Notes: a model not told the origin generated them from the letters alone. Counted from the stretch's first letter, positions 19,201 to 28,806 are shown. The stretch: 64,000 nt of DNA from Candidatus Moranbacteria bacterium RIFCSPHIGHO2_01_FULL_55_24 (GCA_001786575.1 MFRW01000002.1:1717-65716); one strand, 5' to 3'. Program-made: numbers and translations.

Positions 19201-20214
19201 GTGCGCATTTTTCTCTTCATCAGTCTTTTCATCACCTTGGCCGCTTGCGGCATCGTCGGCCTGGTATCGTATCAGGCAGCATATAGCCATGGTTCCGTCC
19301 GCGAGGAGCGCTCTTTCTCGGTGCTTCCGGGCGAGCGCGTGCTTGCGCTCGGGGAGCGACTGGAGACCGAAGGCCTGATCGTCTCGCGCTATGCCTTCGC
19401 TTGGGAAATCGTCAAAGAGAAGAAGACGGCCTCGCTCATCGCCGGCGAATACCTCTTGAGCGGAACGGAAACGATCCAGGAAATCGTCCACAAACTGACG
19501 TCCGGAGAGACGGTGTCGCGCGATATCAAGGTGACGTTCCCGGAAGGCTGGACGATCGACATGATGGCGGAACGCCTGACCAAGAACGGCCTTCCCGGAG
19601 ATGCTTTCAGGACGATGGCGAGGAAGCCGGATCCGAACCTGCGCCAGGAATACGCATTCCTTTCCGGTCTTCCGGCAGGCGCGACGCTCGAGGGATATCT
19701 CTTCCCCGATACGTACCGTTTCGCTCCCGATGCGACCGCCGATACCATCATCCAGGCGATGCTCGGAAACTTCGGCAAGCGCGTGAATACCGAACTGCGG
19801 GAAGCGGCGCGTGCCAAAGGGAAATCGCTCTTCGAGATCGTGACGCTCGCGAGCATCGTGGAGGAAGAGGGTCGGAGCGACCGCGACCGGGGGATGATCA
19901 GCGATATCTTCTGGAAACGTCTGGCTATCGGCCAGCCGCTCCAGAGCGATGCTACGGTCAACTACGTGCTCGGCACCTATAAGGACCAGCCGACGCTTGC
20001 GGATCTCGAGAGCGACTCGCCCTACAACACCTACAAGCATGCCGGCCTGCCGCCGGGACCGATCAGCAATCCGGGTCTCGTTTCTCTCCGCGCTGCGATT
20101 TTCCCGATCGATAATCCTTACTACTACTTCTTAAATAATATCGAGACGCGCGAAACGGTGTTTTCGAAGACCTTCGAAGAACACGTCGCCAACCGCGCCG
20201 CCCACGGACTCTAA
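19201..20214 (+). CDS. mltG: Endolytic murein transglycosylase MltG (YceG family)
   Basis: An N-terminal TM segment is followed by the conserved YceG C-terminus (NYVLGTYKDQPTLADLESDSPYNTYKHAGLPPGPISNPG). It has a GTG start. Confidence 0.85.
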   Translation: MRIFLFISLFITLAACGIVGLVSYQAAYSHGSVREERSFSVLPGERVLALGERLETEGLIVSRYAFAWEIVKEKKTASLIAGEYLLSGTETIQEIVHKLTSGETVSRDIKVTFPEGWTIDMMAERLTKNGLPGDAFRTMARKPDPNLRQEYAFLSGLPAGATLEGYLFPDTYRFAPDATADTIIQAMLGNFGKRVNTELREAARAKGKSLFEIVTLASIVEEEGRSDRDRGMISDIFWKRLAIGQPLQSDATVNYVLGTYKDQPTLADLESDSPYNTYKHAGLPPGPISNPGLVSLRAAIFPIDNPYYYFLNNIETRETVFSKTFEEHVANRAAHGL

Positions 20215-20232
20215 GATTCTCTGCTTCTCCCT

Positions 20233-21312
20233 ATGCAGAATATCCTCACAGAACGCATCGGCATCGCCTCGCTCTTCTTGCTGGCCGTCTTCTCATTTTT
20301 CGGCTGGTATGCTTTTTTCAACGACACGATCACTTCGTATGTGGGCGGGACGATCTCGATGCTCCTCGGCTTCTCGTTTGCGGGGATCTTCTTCTTCATC
20401 GGAGCGATCCTCTGGCAGAACCGCCTGGAGATGCTTCTGGGAGGCCTCTTGCCTTTCGTGCCGCTCCTTCTCTTCACGCAAGTCTGGTACGTCGCTTTGG
20501 CGGTATGCATCGCGTTTCTGGTGACGCTCGTTTCTATCCACTTCATCCACGCGGAAAAGCACGAGCGCATCCGCTTCCAGTTCTTCAAGGTGACCGAGGC
20601 CGGCCAATTCTTCTTCATCATGAGTCTCTCCTTAGTGATCGCGACTGCATACTTCTCGCGCATCGAGCACGCCTCTTGGGAGGAACTGGTTCCGCGCTTC
20701 CGCTTGGGGGAAAGCACCGCCAATATCATCCTGAAGACAGCCTCCTATTGGCAGCCGGAGCTCGGGCAGCTCCAGACCAGCCAGACGAGCGTCGATGAGT
20801 ATCTCATCCGTTTGAGCGAAGAGAAAACTCTGCCGGCAGAGCCGCTCCCAGGGGAGCAGCCCGGGGGAGCTTCAGAGACATTCGGGGTCGAGTTTTCACT
20901 AGTGCCGGGAATCGAAGAACGCTTGCGCCAGGCCGGAATCAGCTTCGAGGACATAGCGGCATCGCCTGCCATACGCGACTACTATCTCCAGGCCGGCCGT
21001 CTCCAGCTAAGCGAGCTTGCCGGCCGCGAAGTGCGGGGGAGCGACCCGATCACGCTCGTTTTTTCCGAAGTCATCCAGAGCCGGCTCATCGAGACCTTCA
21101 ACGGGACCGACCGCATCAACCGGCTGCCGGTGCGGGCCATACCGTTCGCGCTCGCCGTCATCCTCTTCCTCACGCTTCTGCCGCTCGGTTCCTTCCTCGG
21201 CTACTTCTGGCGGGCTTTCGGGTACATCGTTTTCCTTTTCCTCTTGAAGACCGAACAGCTGGAAATCGTGGAGCACTTAGACGAAGTGGAGGAGCTGGAG
21301 GTCACTGATTAG
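20233..21312 (+). CDS. Hypothetical polytopic membrane protein
   Basis: 359 aa with multiple TM helices at both ends and a central soluble segment. No recognisable family. Confidence 0.45.
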   Translation: MQNILTERIGIASLFLLAVFSFFGWYAFFNDTITSYVGGTISMLLGFSFAGIFFFIGAILWQNRLEMLLGGLLPFVPLLLFTQVWYVALAVCIAFLVTLVSIHFIHAEKHERIRFQFFKVTEAGQFFFIMSLSLVIATAYFSRIEHASWEELVPRFRLGESTANIILKTASYWQPELGQLQTSQTSVDEYLIRLSEEKTLPAEPLPGEQPGGASETFGVEFSLVPGIEERLRQAGISFEDIAASPAIRDYYLQAGRLQLSELAGREVRGSDPITLVFSEVIQSRLIETFNGTDRINRLPVRAIPFALAVILFLTLLPLGSFLGYFWRAFGYIVFLFLLKTEQLEIVEHLDEVEELEVTD

Positions 21313-21335
21313 CACTCAAATAGAGAGATTGCTAA
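21309..21335 (+). promoter_or_regulatory. CIRCE-like inverted repeat (HrcA operator) upstream of dnaJ
   Basis: TTAGCACTC-N9-GATTGCTAA compared with the consensus TTAGCACTC-N9-GAGTGCTAA (one mismatch). It overlaps the -35 of the dnaJ promoter. Confidence 0.6.
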
Positions 21336-21357
21336 TCCTTTTCTATTCCGTTATACT
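21329..21357 (+). promoter_or_regulatory. Sigma70-like promoter TTGCTA-N17-TATACT for dnaJ
   Basis: -35 at 21329-21334 and -10 at 21352-21357, about 25 nt upstream of the dnaJ ATG. Confidence 0.5.
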
Positions 21358-21381
21358 GGAGTCAATTAGACTCTTTTTTCT

Positions 21382-22458
21382 ATGGCAAAGGATTATTATG
21401 CCGTTTTAGGGGTTTCCAAGGGTGCGAGCCAGGACGAAATCAAGAAGGCGTTCCGCAAATTGGCGCATCAGTACCACCCGGACAAAGGGAACGGCAACGA
21501 GGAAAAATTCAAAGAGATAAACGAGGCGTACCAGGTGCTCTCGAACCCGGAGAAACGGCACCAGTATGACCAGTTCGGTCAGAGCTGGAACGGCCAGGGC
21601 CAGGGTCCGGGCGGTTTCGACGGGAGCGGATTCTCCGGCCAAGGCTTCGATTTCGGAGGGGCCGGCTTCGAAGATATCTTTGCCGATATTTTCGGAGGCG
21701 GGGGAAGAACCAGGCGGGGAGGACGTGCGCGCGGTTCGGATATCCAGGTAGACGTGGAGATACATTTCACCGAAATGGTAACGGGGGTGAAAAAGCAGGT
21801 GCGTCTTCGCAAGCAGGCGAGCTGTGAGATCTGTCATGGTACCGGCGGCGAGTCGGGGAGCAAGGAGGAGACTTGTCCGACCTGCCAGGGGGCCGGAGAG
21901 ATCCGCCGCACCGCCCAGACCATCCTCGGAGCATTCTCGCAGGTATCCGAATGCGAGCGCTGCCATGGCCGCGGGAAAGTGTATGCGAAGAGCTGCCACG
22001 CCTGCCATGGAGCGGGCCGAGTGCAGAAGGAAGAAACGATCGAAGTAGCGATCCCTGCCGGCATCCAGGATGGGCAAGCGCTCTCGCTTGCCGGCCGCGG
22101 CGCCGCAGGTGAATTTGGAGCTCCTGCCGGAGACCTTTTCGTGGTGGTGCATGTGCGTCCGGATGTCCGTTTCCGCCGGCGCGGTGACGACGTGGTCACA
22201 GAAGCCGCGCTCCCGTATACGGATCTGGCACTCGGTGCGAGCATCCCCGTCGAGACGGTCGACGGATCGGTGAATATGAAAGTCCCGGCCGGCACCCAGC
22301 CTGGCGAGGTGTTCCGTATCCGCGGCAAGGGCGTGCCGCATCTCGGACGCTCGGGACGCGGGGATCACTTGGTCACGATCACGGTCCGCGTACCGAAGAA
22401 AGTCTCCAAGGAGATGAAGAAGACCCTCGAGCATCTGCGGACGCAGGAAGAATCCTGA
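21382..22458 (+). CDS. dnaJ: Chaperone DnaJ
   Basis: J-domain (DYYAVLGV...HPDK), a G/F-rich linker, four CxxCxGxG zinc-finger repeats and the C-terminal domain are present. Confidence 0.9.
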   Translation: MAKDYYAVLGVSKGASQDEIKKAFRKLAHQYHPDKGNGNEEKFKEINEAYQVLSNPEKRHQYDQFGQSWNGQGQGPGGFDGSGFSGQGFDFGGAGFEDIFADIFGGGGRTRRGGRARGSDIQVDVEIHFTEMVTGVKKQVRLRKQASCEICHGTGGESGSKEETCPTCQGAGEIRRTAQTILGAFSQVSECERCHGRGKVYAKSCHACHGAGRVQKEETIEVAIPAGIQDGQALSLAGRGAAGEFGAPAGDLFVVVHVRPDVRFRRRGDDVVTEAALPYTDLALGASIPVETVDGSVNMKVPAGTQPGEVFRIRGKGVPHLGRSGRGDHLVTITVRVPKKVSKEMKKTLEHLRTQEES

Positions 22459-22464
22459 TCGATA

Positions 22465-22494
22465 CCGGAGCTTTGCATGGCTCCGGGCTTTTCC
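22465..22494 (+). terminator. Rho-independent terminator after dnaJ
   Basis: CCGGAGC-loop-GCTCCGG followed by GCTTTTCC. Confidence 0.5.
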
Positions 22495-22542
22495 GTACAA
22501 TAGAATGACATTCTTGATTCCCTCTTCCGGAGGGGCACCGCC

Positions 22543-24246
22543 ATGGCGCTTTGGAAATACAAACAGAAACATCCGCCGCTCGCTTCACAGGAAGGAACGC
22601 TCCACCCTGTGACGGAAGTGCTTTTGGAATTGCGCGGCCACATGGATGACGAGGCGCGCGAACGGTTCCTCCGGCCGGACTACGATCGCGACGTGCACGA
22701 CCCGTATCTCTTTTCCCAGATGGAGGAAGTGGTCGCTCGCTTGGCGGAAGCCAAGACACAAGGCGAGAAGGTAGGCATCTTCGGCGACTTCGATGCGGAC
22801 GGCGTGACGTCGTCGGTAATTATGCGGGAAGCGCTCATAGCCTGCGGTATCGAAACGGCCGTCTATATCCCGGAAAAAGTGACGGAAGGCCATGGCTTGA
22901 ACTCGAAGGCTCTGGATCACTTCGCGCGGGAGGGTGCGACGCTCGTGATGACGCTCGACTGCGGCATGATGAACCACGCGGAAATCGAAGAAGCGAACGG
23001 GCGCGGCATGCAGGTGATCGTCGTCGATCATCATCATGTACCGGAGGTGCTTCCGGAAGCCTTCGCCATTATCAATCCGAAACTTCCCGATGAAACCTAT
23101 CCGTTCCGCGACCTCTGCGGTGCCGGAACGAGCTTCAAGGTGGCCCAGGCGCTCTACCGCCGCCTGCTTCCGGAACAGGAAGAGCAGCTCAAATGGATCC
23201 TGGATGTGGTAGCGACCGGGACGGTAGCGGACGTGATGCCTCTTCATGGCGAGAACCGGGCGCTCGTGAAGTACGGACTCATGGTCTTGGGCAAAACCAG
23301 ACGCCCCGGTTTCCAGGCGATGATCGAGGCGGGCCGTCTCCTGATCGGAGAAGAGAAGATGCCGGTGGCGCGGGATATCGGCTTCCAGATCGCTCCCCGT
23401 TTGAACGCCGCTTCGCGTATGGCCCATGCCATGCTCGCCCATGAGCTCTTGATGGAAAAAGACTTGGAAAGAGCACGGAAATTGGCAGGGGACCTGGAGA
23501 TGCATAACGAGGCCCGGCGCAAGATAAGCACCTCTACTGCTGATGAAGTCCGCAAGCTCGTAGAAGAGCGCTATATGGACAAGAAATTCATCTTTGCCGC
23601 CGATGAGAAGTATCCGTACGGCATCGTGGGTCTGATCGCCGGCCGTATCGCTAACGAATATCGGAAGCCTACCTGCATCCTCACGAAACAGGGCGAGGAA
23701 AGCCGAGGCTCCTTCCGGAGCGTACCGGAATTCAACGTCATCGAGGCGCTGGAGAAGTGCAGCGACATGCTGGTGAAGTACGGCGGACATGCCCAAGCGG
23801 CAGGAATGACTATCCGGAATGAGAACACCGAAGCCTTCTATGAGCGCTTCAATGCTTTGGCGGAAGAAGCTTTGCGGGATGTGGTGACAGAGCCGACGCT
23901 CGAGATCGATACGGTGCTCTTGCCCGAGCACATCACGCCCCAGTTCTTCCGCGATCTTTCGCTCTTCGCGCCTTTCGGCGAGGGGAATCCGGAGCCGACA
24001 TTCGCACTCCACGATGTGCGGATCGAAGACATCCGCTTCGTAGGGAATGGCGAGAAGCATGTGAAGCTCCGCGTCTCGACCGATGCGAGCAGCAAGATCT
24101 TCGACGTCATCGCGTTCTCGCTCGGCGAAGCCTGCCGGGAAATGCAGCCTGGCGACCGGGCAGATATCGTGTTTCAGATAAGCGAGAACAAGTGGAATGG
24201 CTCGACATCGCTTCAGTTGAAAGCGCTCGATATCCGCAAGAAATAG
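22543..24246 (+). CDS. recJ: Single-stranded-DNA-specific exonuclease RecJ
   Basis: DHH motifs (GIFGDFDADGVTS, VVDHHH), a DHHA1 region and a C-terminal OB-like domain are present. Length is 567 aa. Confidence 0.85.
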   Translation: MALWKYKQKHPPLASQEGTLHPVTEVLLELRGHMDDEARERFLRPDYDRDVHDPYLFSQMEEVVARLAEAKTQGEKVGIFGDFDADGVTSSVIMREALIACGIETAVYIPEKVTEGHGLNSKALDHFAREGATLVMTLDCGMMNHAEIEEANGRGMQVIVVDHHHVPEVLPEAFAIINPKLPDETYPFRDLCGAGTSFKVAQALYRRLLPEQEEQLKWILDVVATGTVADVMPLHGENRALVKYGLMVLGKTRRPGFQAMIEAGRLLIGEEKMPVARDIGFQIAPRLNAASRMAHAMLAHELLMEKDLERARKLAGDLEMHNEARRKISTSTADEVRKLVEERYMDKKFIFAADEKYPYGIVGLIAGRIANEYRKPTCILTKQGEESRGSFRSVPEFNVIEALEKCSDMLVKYGGHAQAAGMTIRNENTEAFYERFNALAEEALRDVVTEPTLEIDTVLLPEHITPQFFRDLSLFAPFGEGNPEPTFALHDVRIEDIRFVGNGEKHVKLRVSTDASSKIFDVIAFSLGEACREMQPGDRADIVFQISENKWNGSTSLQLKALDIRKK

Positions 24247-24305
24247 GGGTAGGGCCTCATGGGAAAAAGGGCCCGGATATGCTATCGTAGAGAGGTCTTA
24301 CTGTT

Positions 24306-24743
24306 ATGATTCCTATGCAAGAAATAGTCATGTACAGCGACGGCGGTTCGCGGGGCAACCCTGGGCCGGCGGCGCTCGGAGTATATATCGAGACCCTCGG
24401 CAAGCAGTACGGGGAATACCTCGGGACCAAGACCAACAACGAAGCCGAATACATGGCGATCATCTCCGGATTGAAGAAGATCAAAGCATTGATCGGGAAA
24501 GAACAGGCGAAGATGACAGCAGTAGAGTGCCGCATGGACAGCGAACTGGCTGTCCGGCAGCTGACCCACCGCTACAAAGTGGAGAAGGAGCATATCCAGA
24601 AGCTCTGCTTCCAGGTGTGGAATCTGGCGCTCGATTTCGGACAGGTCTCTTTCGTCCATGTGCGGCGCGAACAGAATGTCGTAGCGGACCGGATGGCGAA
24701 CGAAGCTATGGATCGGGGAATGCAACAAACCACTCTTCTCTAA
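24306..24743 (+). CDS. rnhA: Ribonuclease H (RNase HI-like)
   Basis: MYSDGGSRGNPGPAALGVYIE...NNEAEYMAII...VRREQNVVADRMAN follows the RNase H DEDD pattern. Confidence 0.7.
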   Translation: MIPMQEIVMYSDGGSRGNPGPAALGVYIETLGKQYGEYLGTKTNNEAEYMAIISGLKKIKALIGKEQAKMTAVECRMDSELAVRQLTHRYKVEKEHIQKLCFQVWNLALDFGQVSFVHVRREQNVVADRMANEAMDRGMQQTTLL

Positions 24744-24750
24744 AACACGT

Positions 24751-25749
24751 ATGCGGAATACCAAGAAAATTCTTATTTGGAGCGCAATCATCGTTATCGC
24801 GGCCGGAACGCTCTACTACTTCTTCCGTCCCCAAGAGGAAGTGCTGGAGACCGAAACAGTTATCCGAGGAAGTCTCGCGGAGACGGTTTCGGTGACGGGC
24901 GAATTGGTCCCGCTACGCTATGCGGACCTGTCTTTCGCGACCGTCGGGCGCGTGAGAAGCGTATTGGCAGAAGAGGGCGCCCAGGTGAAAGCGGGCCAGC
25001 TCTTGGCGACGCTCGATACGGCGGTTCTGGACTCGCAGCTCAAAGAGTCGCGTATCAAGCTGACCATTGCCGAAGAGAACGAGAAGCTGGCGCGCCGGGG
25101 CTGGGATGCTTTGAGTCCCGAGGAACGCAAGGCGAAGAAGCTCGCGACTGAACAGGCACGCGAGAACGTGCAGACTGCTCTCGCCCAGAAGGTGAACAGC
25201 CGGATACATGTGCCGTTCGCAGGATTCCTCTCCCAGATGGATATCCGTGTCGGAGAAACCGTGACGGCCGGTACTGTGATTGCGCGTGTCGCCGAGAGCG
25301 ACCAGTTCATCATCGAATCCCGGGTGCCGGAATCCGACATCGCGAAAATCAAAGAAGGTATGACAGCGGTCGTCACTTTCGATGCCTTGCGCCAGGACGA
25401 GGAATTCGCGGCCAAGGTTTCGGAGATCAGCCAGTCTTCCAATGTGGTGGACAATGTCGTGTCGTACACGGTGAAATTCCAGCTCGAGAGCGTCGATCCG
25501 CGTATCAAGGACGGTATGACGGCGAACCTGGATATCGAGACGGAGAAGCGCGAGAATGTGCTCATCCTGCCGTACCGAGCGCTTATCAAGGAAGGCGACC
25601 AGATGTTCGCGGAGGTAGTCGGGGCTGACGGGGGGACGGAGAAGCGGGAGGTCGTGATCGGGCTCGAAGGGGATGAAGGCTTGGTAGAGATCAAATCCGG
25701 GCTTTCCGAGGGCGAAAAAGCGACCATCGGGGCCAGACAGACGAGATAG
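24751..25749 (+). CDS. HlyD/MFP-family efflux adaptor subunit (periplasmic)
   Basis: An N-terminal TM anchor is followed by lipoyl/barrel-sandwich motifs, a coiled-coil segment and a beta-barrel C-terminus. No cognate transporter gene is adjacent. Confidence 0.7.
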   Translation: MRNTKKILIWSAIIVIAAGTLYYFFRPQEEVLETETVIRGSLAETVSVTGELVPLRYADLSFATVGRVRSVLAEEGAQVKAGQLLATLDTAVLDSQLKESRIKLTIAEENEKLARRGWDALSPEERKAKKLATEQARENVQTALAQKVNSRIHVPFAGFLSQMDIRVGETVTAGTVIARVAESDQFIIESRVPESDIAKIKEGMTAVVTFDALRQDEEFAAKVSEISQSSNVVDNVVSYTVKFQLESVDPRIKDGMTANLDIETEKRENVLILPYRALIKEGDQMFAEVVGADGGTEKREVVIGLEGDEGLVEIKSGLSEGEKATIGARQTR

Positions 25750-25769
25750 CGGGGATGGGCGATGTCTCA

Positions 25770-25798
25770 TTGACACCTCCCCATTTTTATGCTAAAAT
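25770..25798 (+). promoter_or_regulatory. Consensus-like promoter TTGACA-N17-TAAAAT driving rnpB
   Basis: -35 at 25770-25775 and -10 at 25793-25798, about 20 nt upstream of the mature 5' end. Confidence 0.55.
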
Positions 25799-25817
25799 TT
25801 TCCGTTGTCGTACTTTT

Positions 25818-26183
25818 CCAAAACAGATCGGATTGTCGCGCTCTGGCGAAAGCCAGAGTGAGGAAAGTCCGGACACTCGCCTCCTTTCGGAGGCAGCAGG
25901 GTAGCGGGTAATCCCCGTCTAAGGTGACTTACGAGGTGCGAACAGAGACGCCTTCTCCCGAAAGGGAGGGGCACCCGGTTTCGATCGGGTGAGCTCCTAG
26001 AGCGATCTAGGAGGTGAAACGGCTAAATCCTTACCCGAGTGCAAGGCCGTGCCTGTCTCTTCTTGGAGCTCAAGAAGGGACGGGAGTTGCCGCAAAGACC
26101 CGCACTTGGCAACAAGCGGGCAAGAGAGATGACGATCTCCGCCGATAAGGCGGAACAGAATCCGGCTTATAGATCTGTTTTGG
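25818..26183 (+). ncRNA. rnpB: RNase P RNA (bacterial type A)
   Basis: The P4 strands GAGGAAAGTCCGG (5') and ACAGAATCCGGCTTAT (3') are present, as is a GGTGAAACGG element. The P1 helix is a perfect 12-bp pair (CCAAAACAGATC/GATCTGTTTTGG). Length is about 366 nt. The overlapping minus-strand ORFs 25792-25974 and 26070-26255 are spurious. Confidence 0.85.
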
Positions 26184-26199
26184 AAAAGTACTGCAAAAT

Positions 26200-27624
26200 A
26201 TGAAACGATCCGAAGTCTTTTTCAGCACCATCCAGGTGCCGATCGATCTCATCATGATTCTTCTGGCCGCTGCGACGGCTTATTTTCTGCGCGGCCTTCC
26301 GATTTTCGAGGGCTATGTCTCGCGCGTCTTCAACCTAGGCTTCGAGGAGTACATCCGTTCGGTCGCATACCTCTTACCGTTTTTCATCATCGTTTTCGCC
26401 GTCGAAGGCCTCTACACCATGCGGGTGACGCGCCGCTTCTGGGCGGAATTCTACAGCGTGGGCAAGGCGACCGGACTTTCCCTCGTCATCCTCATCATCG
26501 CTATCTTCCTGAACCGCGAGTGGTTCTCTTCGCGCTTCGTGATCCTCTTCGGCTGGGGCTTCAGCGTCCTGTATATCGCTCTGGCCCGGTTGGCGATCCA
26601 GCAGATCCAGAAGTGGCTCCTGAAGCACAAAGGCATCGGCACCCATCGCGTGCTCCTCATCGGTTCGAGCGAAAAGATGTACACCATCAAGAAGGAACTC
26701 AAGCGCGACCGGGGCCTGGGCTACAAGGTGGTGGACCAGATCGATGACGCGAGCATCACGCATATCAAGGAGATCCGCGAAGCCAAAGGCATAGACGAGA
26801 TCATCATCGGCGATGCCAGCCTGACCGATGACGAGCTGGAAAAGCTTCTCGACTACTGCCAGATCAACAACATCACTTACAAATACATTCCGACGACGCT
26901 CCAGACGTCCCGCTTCACGATGCGGATCTTCCGCGGCGAGCCCATCATCGAATACCAGCACACGCCGCTCGATGGCTGGGGACGGGTATTGAAGCGCGCG
27001 TTCGATATCGTCGCCGGCTTCGGGCTGACGCTCCTCTTCTCGCCCTTGATGCTCCTGATCGCTCTTCTCATCAAGCTCGAGGACCCGGACGGCCCGATCA
27101 TCTACAAGAACGAGCGCATCGGCGAGAACGGCAAGAAGTTTTTCGTCTACAAATTCCGCTATATGCAGTGGCGCTACTGCATCACCAAGGAGAATCCGCA
27201 GCTGAAGGAAGCGATCGCCTTCGAGAAGAAGCTGATCGAAGAGCGCAACGTGCGCAAGGGCGGCATCCTCTACAAGATCAAGGACGACCCGCGCCGCATG
27301 CGTATCGGAGCTTTTATCGAGCGCTCCTCTCTGGATGAGCTGCCGCAATTCTTTAATGTCTTGCGCGGCGATATGAGTCTGGTCGGTCCGCGTCCGCACC
27401 AGGAACGCGAAGTGGACCGCTATGCGGAGTATCACCGGCGTCTGCTCACCATCAAGCCGGGAGTTACCGGCATGGCCCAGGTATCCGGCCGCTCGGACCT
27501 CGCCTTCGAGGATGAGTACCGCCTGGATGTCTTCTATATCGAGAATTGGTCGCTCTGGCTGGATATCCAGATCTGTCTCAAGACCGCAGGCGCGCTCCTG
27601 CGCCGCCGCCGCAACGCGAAGTAA
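26200..27624 (+). CDS. Polyprenyl-phosphate sugar phosphotransferase (WbaP/CpsE-like initiating sugar transferase)
   Basis: 474 aa with N-terminal TM helices and a central CoA/Rossmann-like region. The C-terminal bacterial sugar-transferase domain carries ...SLDELPQFFNVLRGDMSLVGPRP. Confidence 0.85.
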   Translation: MKRSEVFFSTIQVPIDLIMILLAAATAYFLRGLPIFEGYVSRVFNLGFEEYIRSVAYLLPFFIIVFAVEGLYTMRVTRRFWAEFYSVGKATGLSLVILIIAIFLNREWFSSRFVILFGWGFSVLYIALARLAIQQIQKWLLKHKGIGTHRVLLIGSSEKMYTIKKELKRDRGLGYKVVDQIDDASITHIKEIREAKGIDEIIIGDASLTDDELEKLLDYCQINNITYKYIPTTLQTSRFTMRIFRGEPIIEYQHTPLDGWGRVLKRAFDIVAGFGLTLLFSPLMLLIALLIKLEDPDGPIIYKNERIGENGKKFFVYKFRYMQWRYCITKENPQLKEAIAFEKKLIEERNVRKGGILYKIKDDPRRMRIGAFIERSSLDELPQFFNVLRGDMSLVGPRPHQEREVDRYAEYHRRLLTIKPGVTGMAQVSGRSDLAFEDEYRLDVFYIENWSLWLDIQICLKTAGALLRRRRNAK

Positions 27625-27679
27625 GGAATCTCCCGGAAGCGGGAGATTTTTTATGGTATACTGAAAGCACTTAACACTT

Positions 27680-28036
27680 ATGCCTATGCTGCTTCTCAAG
27701 TGGGTTATCAGCGCGTTAGCGTTCCTGGCTCTGCCGTATATCGTGCCGGGAATCTCGGTCGCTTCGTTCGTGACGGCGCTCGTTCTGGCGCTCCTCTGGG
27801 GGCTGATCGGCATCACCGTGAAGCCGATTCTCATCATCCTCACGCTGCCGATAAACATCCTGACGCTCGGCATCTTCACCTTCATCATAAACGGCTTCCT
27901 GCTCTGGCTTCTGGGAGGCATCGTGAAGGGATTCGAGGTTCAGGGATTCTGGATCGCGGTCCTGGGAGCGCTGGTGCTCTCGGCCGTGAGCATTCTAGCC
28001 AATTGGGCTTTGGAGAAGGCCGGACGGCCGCTCTAA
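27680..28036 (+). CDS. Phage-holin-family/DUF360-like four-TM membrane protein
   Basis: 118 aa with four hydrophobic helices and a GxxxG-rich sequence. It resembles the Gram-positive holin-4 family. Confidence 0.5.
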   Translation: MPMLLLKWVISALAFLALPYIVPGISVASFVTALVLALLWGLIGITVKPILIILTLPINILTLGIFTFIINGFLLWLLGGIVKGFEVQGFWIAVLGALVLSAVSILANWALEKAGRPL

Positions 28037-28063
28037 GTCTATCAGCCGGAAAAAAATCTTTGA

Positions 28064-28088
28064 AAACCGCTATAATAAGCGGTTTTTT
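28064..28088 (+). terminator. Rho-independent terminator
   Basis: AAAACCGCT-ataata-AGCGGTTTT followed by TT. Confidence 0.6.
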
Positions 28089-28100
28089 CATCCATTGTTA

Positions 28101-28129
28101 TTGACAAAATGACCTGAAAGGCGTATAAT
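28101..28129 (+). promoter_or_regulatory. Perfect-consensus sigma70 promoter TTGACA-N17-TATAAT
   Basis: -35 at 28101-28106, a 17-nt spacer and -10 at 28124-28129. It lies upstream of the DUF218 gene (ATG 28175, SD AAAGGGAAG). Confidence 0.6.
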
Positions 28130-28174
28130 GGTCTTTAGTTCGTTTCTCAATCGGAAGTGGAAAGGGAAGTAGCA

Positions 28175-28768
28175 ATGCAGCCTATCAAGATGTTCCAGCT
28201 GAATCGTCCGGAACCGAAGAGAATCCTCGCGGTGCTCGGACACCAGTTGGAGAAGCACGACGAGATGTCCAGTATCATGCACCAGCGCCTGCTTCGGGCT
28301 TTGGATGTCTATAGATATCATGAGGGATATCTGCCATTCGACCATGTGATTCTCTCCGGCGGCATCACGGAGCTGGGGCAGCAGCTTTCCGAGGCGCAGG
28401 TGATGTTCAATTTTCTTGCGCCGAAAATATCGCTCGACAAGATCATCTGCGACCATGACTCGCTCGATACGCGCGAGAATGTGGCAGCGATGGTGCGGAT
28501 CGTGAAGGAACTCTACCCGGACCAGCCGGTGGAACTGGCGATCGTGACGCATGTCTGGCATGTGTCACGGGTGTCGAGGCTTCTTTTGGCCAAGCTGAAA
28601 GGACGGCGGGATATCCATTATTTCTTCCAGCCGGTATTCAGGTCGCTGCCGTTCTGGGAGCGCCAGAAGGAACGCCTGCGGGCATTCCTGACTTGGCTGG
28701 ATCCGGATTTCCGGATACTACCCAAACCTATCGCCCCGGACAAGAGCTATCAGCTCATGGAGCTGTGA
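28175..28768 (+). CDS. DUF218 / YdcF-SanA-ElyC family protein
   Basis: The conserved S-x-DTxEN motif (HDSLDTRENV) and a Rossmann-like fold pattern are present. The ORF-track 28157 is an in-frame extension with no SD. Confidence 0.7.
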   Translation: MQPIKMFQLNRPEPKRILAVLGHQLEKHDEMSSIMHQRLLRALDVYRYHEGYLPFDHVILSGGITELGQQLSEAQVMFNFLAPKISLDKIICDHDSLDTRENVAAMVRIVKELYPDQPVELAIVTHVWHVSRVSRLLLAKLKGRRDIHYFFQPVFRSLPFWERQKERLRAFLTWLDPDFRILPKPIAPDKSYQLMEL

Positions 28769-28806
28769 AAGCTTCTGATTGCTTCCCGGAAGGGGATTGT
28801 GCCTCG

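Noticed and set aside
22501-22542. AGAATGACATTCT palindrome and CCCTC/GAGGG hairpin upstream of recJ (possible SOS/LexA box)
   Set aside because: It matches neither the Gram-negative (CTGT-N8-ACAG) nor the Gram-positive (GAAC-N4-GTTC) LexA consensus. The short palindrome could arise by chance.
22585-24060. 491-aa minus-strand ORF antisense to recJ
   Set aside because: recJ DHH/DHHA1 motifs are clear on the + strand. The antisense product is His/Arg-rich junk.
25792-26255. Two 60-aa minus-strand ORFs in the HlyD-WbaP intergenic region
   Set aside because: They overlap a sequence with all the conserved elements of RNase P RNA on the + strand, so they are spurious.
26374-27921. 515-aa minus-strand ORF antisense to the WbaP-like sugar transferase and the holin-like gene
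   Set aside because: The + strand genes carry diagnostic motifs (DELPQFFNVLRGDMSLVGPRP). The antisense frame is low complexity.
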